The notes under the pieces were generated by a model. That model had not been told where the DNA came from and searched no databases. It worked only from the letters and a program-made list of their open reading frames with translations. The position numbers and the translations under genes are program-made. A DNA stretch of 64,000 nucleotides from Macrostomum lignano. Taxonomy: Eukaryota. Of the stretch, positions 12,301-23,154 are shown piece by piece. Each line of letters starts with the position of its first letter. The stretch's first letter is position 1. The stretch lies in assembly GCA_002269645.1 (NCBI GenBank), contig NIVC01001234.1, positions 124,001 to 188,000 of the forward strand, in the 5' to 3' direction.

Positions 12301-13115
12301 CTCTCATCACCGTGCATCGTGCACCGTGCACCGTGCACCGTGCTCTCAACACACTGCAAATAAATGCAGTTCCTTGAATTACCATTTTGACAACACAGCT
12401 GTTACTTCCAGTGGTCCTGGAAGTATCAACTATATTGCTTTTTTCAGTGACTGGGAACTGGAAATCTTGCCCCCTTGGAAAGTACTCTGATATGTCTGAT
12501 ACGTCTGATATGTACAATGACAAGTGAGTGTTAAGTTGTCTCTCTGGATTGAAAATCCCTCCCCCCACAGATTGAAAACCACGGCCTATATGCCAATGCA
12601 CCCATTCGTCGGTGGTTTTACAAGCGGTCCTGACTTTAATCGTCGAATATCTAAGGTTACGTATTTAGTCGTATTTAGTCAATCCCTAGGGTTGTTGGAG
12701 CGATAAACTATACGAAAATCCTCAATCCTCAAATCCTCACTACCCAGTTAGCGAAAAATTAGTTAGATAATAAAAAGAGTTCAGGGACTAATTTAGTGCG
12801 AGAGTTCCACGCGTTCTACTCTACTCATATTCCCCTCCCTCTATGCATTCGTTAATTCATAACGAATAAGGTGGCTTGACACCTTAGGTGGTCTGATAGA
12901 CCTCAGCCTGTCTAACCTTGTGCAGGCCGTGGGAGTGCGAGATACATGTACAAGTAAACAATAGTTTCTGTGGAGCGCATATATCAGGAGCGCGCATTCA
13001 GTGCCTTAGCTGCTACCCAGAGGTAGGTATATTAGACATACAGGCTGAACAATGCGAGCTACCAGGGCTCATTCATTTTACTCACCACTTATTTTCAGTC
13101 TCGTCAATTCTTCAA

Positions 13116-14207
13116 ATGCAGCTGGTTGCTTTCACTTGGAGGATTCTCTCCCTGACACTGATAGTCGATGGCAGCTACGGGACCAACATCACATTCGGTA
13201 AGCTTAGTGTTTCGAGCTCCGCTGCAGCTTGTAAGAAATTCGAGTAGAAAATGCAAAAACACATTGGTCTCAAATGCACTTAATTTCTCCGCGATTCAAT
13301 AGCTGGTACAGCTGGGTGCCAGCATTAGCTGGGGTAATTGAGGGTGTGCGTGGCGACCCCCAGTTCCTGGACTGAACAGCCGTACGCAGCCTTCAGATGC
13401 GCCGCGCAATAGCTGCAGTTGAGCTGCCGGCTCTCCATCTGCCCATTGGGATCAGGTGTAATCGATTTTTATATTTTCATTGACATTAAATTTAGCTCAT
13501 AATTGCTGGTTCTTGAAATAAATTTCACTCATTCATCTTCGTAACAGACGCTCTCGAGCTAGATTTGCTATGTTTCAGCTTGTCTGTCTACAGATTGCAG
13601 ACTGGCTGATTCTATCCCGTAGACACAATGTAGGAATTGGTTTAAGATCCTTTACACACCGAACCAGTTGGAATCAGTGGAGATGTTTCTGCAGCGGGAC
13701 AATAGTTACGGCGCGTTCGACCAGAGAAAGGGTTGGAGCGGCACTGTGGCATCATCAACCACCTGGTGGCTACTGGAGAGCGAGATCGGCTATTTGAGAA
13801 GTGAGTTTAAACCGAGTCTGGTAGCATTAATTCACAGTTTTCCAAAAAATGCATGCCATTTCAGGTACTTCAACCCTCCCAAGAGCGAGCTGCCTAACTG
13901 CACCGATAAGCCTTTTCCTTACGCTCTCAACAACTGGATACCCCAAGAACCGAATATTTTCAACACTCGCCACGGTGCTCTTACCCTCAGCAACACTCTG
14001 GGGATCGCCGTCATCAACTTGGCTGGCTGTCTGCTCACTCTGCTGCTGGCATTGCTGGAGAAGGCCTGCATCAACCTCAGGCCGCGTTTGAATCAGTTAA
14101 GAGGCAACGCGTTAAAGGACTGGCGACGATACAGGGCTGGGACTGGTGAAGCTGTGCAAACAGCTGCCAAAAATCAGACAGAAGAGAAGATGGAGTCATA
14201 CGTCTAA
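13116..14207 (+). pseudogene. psiC: internally deleted copy of iGluR-like gene C (exon 1, fused exon 8/9 remnant, exon 10)
   Basis: Exon 1 (13116-13197, MQLVAFTWRILSLTLIVDGSYGTNITF) matches C. Exons 2-7 are absent. At 13743-13749 the sequence jumps from the C 26286 equivalent to C 27161 (~874-bp deletion removing M1-M3). The last exon is nearly identical to C. Confidence 0.88.
13314..13490 (+). mobile_element. 5'-truncated CORE-SINE copy 2 (3' half)
   Basis: 'tgggtgccagcattagctggggtaattgagggtgtg...cagccttcagatgcgccgcgcaatagctg' matches 36600-36750. Confidence 0.85.
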
Positions 14208-14949
14208 CGCTTGAATTTTCACTTCTTCCATTATGAAGTTCAATGATTAATAAATCTGTAAATATTTGATTCACAGTTTATTCTTTTATACGAAAAACGA
14301 CAAGAAAAGATGGTTACTTATTAATCATGTGACTCATTGATTAAGCTGCTGAGGATGTCATGATCCCAGCTGGCTCAATTCAACTCAGATAATTTATTCG
14401 TTTAGTTGGACAATCCGACAATAATACTTTACCGAGGCTTTATCATTGACCCATTCTATTGTGAAAAGCTTTCTTAAGTTCCGAATCTTTCGCGAGCTCC
14501 AACTTACGCACAAGATTTAAGGATCGTCTCAGAGTTCTTTAGTGCGTTCGGTGAAACTTTCGCCATGGCTTACAACTATGATCTAGTAAACTCGGTCAGC
14601 CAATCCAGTTAGTCCTCATCCCGTAAAGGTTTCGCTCCACTGTCCCAAATGAAGTAACACGGAATGCGAACTTACTGTACTGTCATTTGGCTCGCGTTGC
14701 CCAAGGAAGTGCACAATTGGGACGTTTCTGATGCTAATTTTTGTATCAATAAAGCGTTTTTAAATAGACAGTAACCGCGCATATTTCTGAATGATGGCAG
14801 ATTTACGACGGAACTTAAGAAGACGCTTTGACTTACAAAAGATTCACCGAACGAAAATTTACGCCCACGGCAAAAAAACCATACGATCACTTCACCAAAA
14901 AATGTACGCCACAGTCTAATAACGCATATACTAATACTTACGCAGGCGC

Positions 14950-15760
14950 ACACGCACACGCACAGTGTGTACAGAGATATTGATTTTTTGGTCTGCAGGG
15001 TTTTGTTGTGCGTGCTGCGTCAGTAGGGTTTCCCCACCCCGGCCTTTTTCTCTCTCTCTCTCTCTCTTTCTCTTTGTGCCTCCGCCTCTCGCGCTGGGTT
15101 GGGCCGGTCGGTCGGGCTGGGGTTTGTGGGCTTAAGCCTCACCCTAGTCTGGCCGGCGGCCAGCTCAGGGCCGGTCTTGTGCGCGGGCCGGATCAGTCGC
15201 CCCACCCTTCCCGGCGGCTGGTGATTGGCTGGCCGGTTGGGTGAGGTGTACTGGCTGGGTCTGTGGGCTTGCCCCTCCCCCCTTTTTGTGCTATTTATAC
15301 GTGCGCCCCGCCCCACCCCGTCCCGGGCCCTCCCCCTAACCTCGCTGGCGGCTGTGTAGAAGAGTCCAAATAAACGCGATCGCGGTACGCTGAGGCATTC
15401 ACTGCGTTGTTGAATCTGCTCGAACCAAGTGTGAGTCTTCTTTTTTCTCTGGGGTGCCGCGCTGGGACTCGAACCTTTCTGGGACCGGCAGGTGAACCTT
15501 CGCCAGCCAAGTCATTCCGTGAACTCTCGCAGCACATCTAGGGCCGGTCTGGTGAACTTTCGTCGGCCGGGCCGTGGTGAACTCTCGCCGCGTTAGGGGC
15601 AATAAGCGGGACCTGGGTGTCTCCCAGCAAGGTAGCCCAGCCAACCTAGCCGGATTACAGCCGGGCAACCCCAGGGGGGCACAACAGTTGCATATGTATA
15701 CAGGACGGATTGGGGAATTGAACCTACGAACTTTGGCAAAAAAATCAGGTGCGCAACCGC
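14950..15760. other. GC-rich unclassified segment absent from the second duplicate copy; possible LTR-like or non-autonomous element remnant
   Basis: No counterpart at 28980-29160. Contains TATAAATA plus a GC box (- strand, 15293-15315), AATAAA (15369), a tRNA-3'-end-like string at 15450-15475 and four GTGAACYYTCGY motifs. Confidence 0.35.
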
Positions 15761-16663
15761 TTCGCTACTAATTCGCGGTAGTGATGCTGATTAATAAATA
15801 TTGATCGAATGGTTTGGCAAGTCTGGCGTTCAGCCAGTCAGGATCGAGTATCAGTTTGAAAATTAATCCGCATCAATGCTGAGCTGTCATTTAAGCCCAA
15901 AACAGCACTTGCTCAATAATCATACGTTTAGTATCCACCCAATCAAATAGGTCGATATCCATCCAATGCTTGAGATGACATCTATGCAAATCTGCGCTCT
16001 ATGCAAATTTCTAAGCAGAATAAACATGGGCGTGTATGCAAAGACTGAATGAAAAATTACCCTGTTTAAAAGGGGAAACCATAAGCCAGGCTCGGCCTTG
16101 GGTCCTTGGGTCTGGGGTTGGATGCGCCGCCAACTGGGCGGGAGTGGGTGTCTGTGGGGGGGGCATTTTTAGCCCCTGCGACCACCTCGCTCTGTCCCGC
16201 TTCGCTGGCTTGCGTGCGTTTTTTCTGCTTTTAGTCACCCCCTTACTTGCAGTCTCTGCAATTTCTATTTTCTTTTCACTTTCGTTTATATTTTACTTTT
16301 CAAAATCGCTTACATTAGCAAATATACTGGTGTTTCGTATGTTGCCCATACAGGGCGTTAGGATGCTTTTCGTGCTCTGCAAGTGTTGTCTTCTGCTCTC
16401 TCCCTCAGGCCGATCCGTCAATGTAAATTTAACTTTCTACTCTTTGCCTCGAGCGCGCTCGTTTGTTTAGAGCGCTTTCAAGCTCACAACTCATTGCCAA
16501 GCAAGTTGCCAAACTTTGAGATCATTGGCGAAGCGGGTCGTGATGCCTTCAAAGATATCTAAGGGTATTCGGAAATCTAGGGCATGTTTACATATACGAG
16601 TATATGTAAGGCGATACGAAACTTGAAACTCACTAAAATTGAAGCTTCCCAGACAGCGCAACT

Positions 16664-19600
16664 ATGCGACATCTTACTGTTTTGCAGCTGGGCTTTCTCA
16701 TTCTGATTGCAGGCTGTAGCGGAACGCAGGCTCAGAGCAACAACATCACACTGGGTTCGTTCAATTTTGTCTACTGAGAACTCGCTTTTGTCCAATTCTA
16801 TTTTCATTTGCAGACATGCAGATTTTGTGCTTCTAATGATTTCCTTTCAGCCCTATTGTGGAATGAAGAGGGCACAGCCGCACTGGCGAAGGACTTATTC
16901 GAAAAGAAGTTCCGACCGGCAATTCTCGAGGCCTGCCCGTCTGCCCCCGGCATCAATCAAACTTCCGTTGAGTTTGTGGAGATCATTCACAACAAGCTTA
17001 TGGATATCCCGTCTGCTATGACCAGTAAGAAGCATTTATTGCTTTTATTAATCTCTAAAATTTCTAAGGCTATAATAGAAAACATCTACGAACCCATGAT
17101 GTTACTCGGTTAGAATGCGTTGAGATATGAGATGATGATAGTGCGTACCTTCGTCAGTTTACCTGTCAGGTAAAAAAAATTTAAGAAGGCGACGGTAACT
17201 GCCGAATTAATTTAAATATGAGCGACGTCGAACCTCATCGATGCAAGTTCGATACAATGTTAATCGATGGACTCAATTAATTCGAGTAGGCATAAATTTA
17301 AACTTAGATAAAAAATTATTCTCCAAACTCAGACTTTGCCAGCCTAAGCAACTGCTTGTTCATCGGTGCCCACACTGAAGTATCGATGGTGCCGCTGTTT
17401 GCTCAGGCAAACTTGTCGACCGGCCTGACCCCGGGCTCTGTTGCTGCCCGCCGCTATCCCCGCATGCGGCTGCACAAGGTGGCACCGATCCCAGTATCGC
17501 TGGTCTCGGACGGAGTGTTGCGATCGCTTGTAATGTCTCTTGGCGCCAGCGAAGCAAAGCAAAGCCGCCTCAGCATCATTCTTGGCACCGGCTACGAAGC
17601 ATTTCATGTTGAAATTTTTGCTACAAAGTTTCCAGGCTCAGTGCAGCTCTACCGGCTTAAGCCGGGTGCAGAATACGACCTTATTACAAGGCTCCAATTT
17701 AAAACGACCGAAACCTTTCTGCTCGCATGCAAACCAGAAGAAGCCGAGGTTTTCCTTTCTGTGGCCTTCATAAATCGGCTTCTGCAACCAACTTATCGTT
17801 GGTTTCTGTTCAACATGGTGAGGCTAGATACTTTGTCTAGAAACAGTTTTCATATGTAAGGTACTGTATTTTTGAGTAGGAAAAAATAGTAGGGAAAATG
17901 GAAGACGAGTAATACCCGTAGTGCATTTCTATGATAGGAACTAAATAGACAGCTTAAATCTGTTTGAAAAAACTATATTACTCGTACATTACGCATTTTG
18001 TACGCATATTAGATTGACCTTGTATTTGTAGCTCCTGGTAGAGAGAAACAACTTCGGCGGCTACGTGATTGTGTCCAAGAATATCACATCAATGGAGTTC
18101 GGCCCAATATCCACTGCTATCAAAAACGGCCTAACTACGACGCGATCAGTTTACCTGTTTGATCTCTTGACTGTTTGGTCAGTTTACTTAAAAAACATTC
18201 TTTGTAACGAGGTGAGAGGTCACATTCGAGTTGTGCGAAATTTTATTAAGCTTTTTATGTCATTCAAAGCTTTAAAGTAATGGGATCATTAATAAATAGT
18301 TGTCATTAAATAAATTCACTCAAAGAAACACATTCGCAATGCAGATTGACTGAAGAGATGCATGAAGCTGTAAATATAGGCTTTTTTCTATTGTGCTTCA
18401 ATAGCATTGTTATTCATCACGAATAGTTTCTTCACTTACTTTAGGCATCCGAAGTGAACAGAACTGTTGAAGGCCTGACCGGTTCTTTTAGCTTGGGCCC
18501 GGACGGCACGGTAACCAGGAAATTCTGGCGGATGCACTTTTACAAAGGACTCGGCGATCAGCGTGAACGGGTGAGGCCTCCATTGTTGCAGTGTTTTCTA
18601 ATCGTGTCAAACTTGTTGCGATTTTGTTTTTCTACGAGATCCTCTTTGAAATTGTACCCCAGCTCGGATATCGTGCTGGGATTTCTGACGCTTATCAATT
18701 TCAAAATGAATTTCGAAAAACATATCACTCTCCCTAAGATCGGCAACTGGTCCAGTTCTGGAGACTTCTTCTTCGTCCCGGCAAAGCCGAGAATACCGAC
18801 TGATGAGGTGTTGAAGCAAGAGCTCAACTTGAACGTGTTCCGAGTAGTTACTGTACTGGTGGGTTTTCCAGAAACAGTTAACTCTTCCTTCAACAACTAG
18901 TTGAAGACGCTGCATAATTTCTCATCTAACAAAACTACTTCTTCATTTCAGTCACCTCCCTTTGTGCAGTTCAGAAAGGGCTACGAGAATCGGACTGACG
19001 TACCGCTCTACAACCGCCTAGAAGGGTTTGCTGTGGACATGTGCAAGAAGATACTGATGAACACGTCGGTAAGTTTAAACTTAGACTTATCTGTGAACAG
19101 TTTAAACTTAGACTTATCTGGAAACTCTACTTTACCGTTTTTGTGTAAAGGGTTTTAAACAGATTTTTTAGCGGCCGAAATATTTTAGTACATAAGTTGC
19201 ACTGCTTTGAAGCAACACTAGACTACTGCATTTAGCTCGTAGATGTAAATAGGCCGGTTGTCACTATTCTAATCACAGATGTTCCTCACTTCTTGAAATA
19301 AAAAAACATCAGATAATTATGTTGAAGAGAGAAAATAGCAAAAAACCGTCAAAGATTCAAAGACGATAGGAGATGCGTCAGCTAGCTAATCAACTTGCAT
19401 AATCTGCAATAATCGCTTTATATTCGTGAGTAGTTCTTGCTGGTAAGAAACAACTGACCCATTTCCCCGTTTTCCATAGCTAAACTCCGTTGAATTCTTT
19501 CTACAACCTGATGGTATCTTCGGCTCCTACGATCCAGTCAAAGGATGGAGTGGCATGGTAGCCACTCTCATGCTAAATGATGCCGACATGGCCTGCGCTT

Positions 19601-21168
19601 CAATGTCCGACACGGAGCTGCGCCGTGGCGTTGTCAAATTTACGCAGCCCATCTTATTCAACCAACTGTCAATCCTGTACTCGAAGCCAGAGGTCAATCC
19701 AGTTGAGCTACTATTTGAGTTTCTCTCTCCGCTACACCTGTACACCTGGCTGGCCTTGCTCGGCTCCGGCTTCGCGTCGGGGCTGGTGCTGGCGGTGCTG
19801 CATCGAATTAGCAGGAACGAACAACGGCTCAGCTTGTACGAAGCCATCTACGTCGCATTGGGCACGATGATCCAGGGCGTGAAGACAACGACACCGGATC
19901 GTCCGTCTGCAAAGCTGGTGAGAAAAAAACTGTAGAAAATAAAGTGCACCATTTCTAACAAGCGCCAATGCTGTAGGCGGCACGCACTCCTACACACACT
20001 CAAAAAGGATTTACAGCGGCCCAGACTTTTCAATTTTCAGACATGTAGCTCGCACACTGTCTGTGCTTTGGGGGGTGGTCCTCATGGGTATGAATCGCAC
20101 GGAACATTTGCAATTTTCGCGAAAAGCCGTAAATGAATGTGGCCAAACATGGAATCCAACCAGGGTTCGTAGCGCGAGGGTCAGGGGCCGTACCGCTGAG
20201 CTTCTCTGCCTCCGAACAGTAGTTAATATTAGAGTAAATTTCTTTCTCGCATTCGATTTTGGCAGGTGACAGTGGTTTTCTGGTTGTTTGTGTTCCTCTT
20301 CTTGATTATCTATGTGTCCAACTATGCAGTCAAGCGGACCCTGAAGCACATCCAAACGGAGATCAGGGGGCTGGAAAGCTTGCAAATACAGGAGGCGTAT
20401 GAATACTGTACGCTGTACGACTCTGTGTACTTGGGCTTCATGAAGAGCTCAATTGATCCGCTGGTGTCAGCAGCCTACCAGTACATCGCCGACAACCCGG
20501 AGCGCACTCAGCCGCGGAACATCAGCCAGGCACTCAGCCTCGTCAATACTGGCGAATTCGCCTTCCTCTATAGCAACGTTTTGAATGAGTACTACGCTAA
20601 GATGGGTTGTGGCCTTAAAGTAGTGGGCAGCTTCGGACAAGAAACGATGAATTTGGGTCTACCAAGCAGTATAGAATATGATGATTTGATCAATAAGATC
20701 ATTGACCGACTTATCAGCAGTGGAGAGCGAGACCAGCTCTACAAAAAGTGAGTCGAATTCGCCTTTATTGAAGACGGAGACAGCTCAGGATAAAATCAGT
20801 ACATAAAATCAGAGTTACCTTTTTATAAATTCCTTGCTTGCAGGTACGCAAATCCGCCCGAAAGCGATCTGCCTGACTGCACGAACAAGACTCTACCGTA
20901 CGCCATTCGCGATTGGATTCCAAAAGAGTCTGAAAACGTTGGCACCCGACGAAGCGCTGTGAACCTCAACCACACACTCGGAATTACGATTATTAATTTG
21001 GTCGGCTGTCTGCTGACTCTACTGTTGGCTGCCCTGGAGTTGGCCTTTCAAACCTACAGGCAGCGACTGCGCAGGCTTCGGGATGACATGTTGAAGGACC
21101 TGAGCCTCCGCATGGAGTCTGCCAATGCAGCCGCAGCTGGCGATGATCTGATGGAGTCAAACGTTTAA
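16664..21168 (+). CDS. Divergent ionotropic glutamate receptor / IR-like gene B, 10 exons (16664-16754, 16851-17024, 17333-17817, 18032-18211, 18445-18570, 18739-18858, 18952-19068, 19480-19917, 20266-20747, 20844-21168)
   Basis: Signal peptide MRHLTVLQLGFLILIAGCSGTQA; ATD-length N-terminus; S1 PPFV...EGFAVD...WSGMVATL...ADMA...FTQP; M1; pore loop ALGTMIQG; M3 FWLF...IYVSNYAVKR; S2 with two cysteines; M4. Splice phases join in frame. Confidence 0.88.
20060..20225 (-). mobile_element. Degenerate tRNA-like (SINE head) insertion in intron 8 of B; also in B' at ~32770-32930
   Basis: The - strand reads 'gctcagcggta...cctggttggattcc' (A/B-box-like). Intron 8 is ~350 bp in B and B' versus ~90 bp in C and D. 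Confidence 0.45.
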
Positions 21169-22182
21169 TCCGTGTTGTATCGGACTGCAGTTTGATACGT
21201 CAGTTGAAAACAATTATCAAACTGTGTCAGCGGTGGAGGGAAAACAAAAGTTGATTGATTGAAAAAACTTTTCATCATATTTAATTTCAATCAATCAACT
21301 CTCTTTAACAACTTTTGAATATTTACTCAGTCTATAATCAGCGTCCTTCAAAAGAATAACACATAGGACGTATCTGTACATGGGTACAATGAGATGTAAG
21401 CATCGTTAACTAAACTGGGAGTCAATCCCTACATATATAATTCCGGCAACAAGATGTCCAGTCGTGAGGCTCGAGTTAATTTTTCCAAAGGCGCAGCACG
21501 GAGAGCACGAGGAGCTTAGCTGATCTCAGTTCATCCAACAATATTCAGAGACCTACGGAGTGTCAGAACGTGGCAGGTCAGCAGACACTCAACTGTGGTT
21601 GTCTCTGAACTGTTTGATCTAGCCATAAATTGCGCTATTCTTAGCACCTTCATCTGATTGGACTTTTCAGAGATGACCTGCAATTTAACCAGCTCGTATT
21701 CGTATTCTTTCATTCCTCCACCCCGGGAACAGCGGCAGGCACAAATATTTTCTATGCCTCATTTTTCGGCTAAAAAGTTAATTTCGAACGATACCAATCA
21801 GCAAAGTACGGTAAATCAGCATTTAGAATTCCAACTTCTGCTCCTGAAAAACATTATACCATTACGAGCGTATACGAGCTACTTTGTTCCAATTTTTTTA
21901 AATTATGAAATATTCAATGTAATACGGTCAGGTATTTTTCAGAAAACAAGATTTGAGAAAAGTACTGGCTGACAAAAGCGTTTTGTCTCGGTTTTGAAAA
22001 TATGAGCTCTGAGTCGCAGTCGAATTGTGTATGGACATTAGTACTAAATTCTCTCTTGTGTGCACAGGAATTGCTCTGACAAGCACTAAAATGAAGGACT
22101 GAACTTAAGCCTCAGAGAGATCAACATTGCAACAGGCTCCATTTATTTAGCTACACTGAAATTTCTTTGTCCCGCTTGAATT

Positions 22183-22258
22183 ATGCTGTCTCTAATCATC
22201 GTGCTGCTGCTTCTCTGCAGCAATGGAATTCGCGTCAGGGAAGAAAACTTCACTTTAG
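22183..22258 (+). other. Orphan signal-peptide exon homologous to exon 1 of gene D (MLSLIIVLLLLCSNGIRVREENFTL|gtaag)
   Basis: About 80% match to 35243-35318. ATG and the phase-1 GT donor are intact. Homology to D intron 1 ends near 22500. Confidence 0.8.
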
Positions 22259-23154
22259 GTAAGACGAATTAAAGAATCAATATGCGCTCGTAGTTTACGA
22301 ACAGATTAATTATCTGAAGAAAATAAACTGCTAATCGATTTTCCCTTCAGGCATCAGTTTCAGTTGCAATAATAAAACTTAAACTTAAACTAAAAAACTT
22401 AAAAAGCAAAAACAAAAAATGATAATCCAATTTTTTTTTCTTTAGAAGCACTGCTTGAAGAGGGGGGGATTTATTGAGCGTACTTGCCTCAAGCTGGCCC
22501 GGTGTACACCCAGCGGTGAAGAGTTTAAGAGTGGTTATCAGTCATTCAAAAACTCCCACTTCTAGACAATGGGGAACAAGTTCCCTAGGTATTATGCAAA
22601 ATCAAATAACTCTTACTGGAGCGGCTCCTCTTGTAACTTGTTAGCAGGCTGGCCTTGTGTGGTAGAGACGACTGGCTTCAGTGAATTGTCTCCGGGGGTC
22701 CCTAACTTTATCTGTGGGTCGACAAAAATCGACAGCGAATCAGAAGTCTTTACAGTGTCCTCGAGCTCGGAATTAACAATAGAACGTGCGCCCTTAATGA
22801 GCAATTGAATTCTCTGAGTTTCTGCAATACTCAGCCAGAACCTTGTGCAGGCCGTGGGAGTGTGAGATACATACACAAGTATCTATACAGTGCCACCCTT
22901 CTGATATAAAACTGCTTGATAAATCCGTCACTCAGCTTGGATTCAAACCCCGTCTTAAATGCATGCCTGTAATTTCAGTCGCAGCGGGGGTGAACAGCTT
23001 CTGGAGCGTATGTCAGGCGTATTCAGCGTCTTAGCCGCTGCCCAGCCTGCAGAACACCGCAGAGGTAAGTATATTAGACTCACAGGCTCGACAGTACCGT
23101 GCATGGCTCATTCATTTAACTCACCACTTATTTTGAGTCTCGTCAATTCTTCAA

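Larger units (their letters stand above)
12860..22550 (+). repeat. First copy of a ~10-13 kb tandem segmental duplication (second copy ~22830-35600)
   Basis: Shared anchors in the same order: 'aaccttgtgcaggccgtgggagt' 12915/22838; C last exon 13864/27276; B exons 16664/29459; 3' flank 21170-21690/33880-34410; D-type exon 1 22183/35243. Confidence 0.85.

Noticed and set aside
22530-22830. Unique sequence at the duplication junction with an 87-aa - strand ORF
   Set aside because: No transposase or RT motif is recognisable, so it cannot be called a mobile element.
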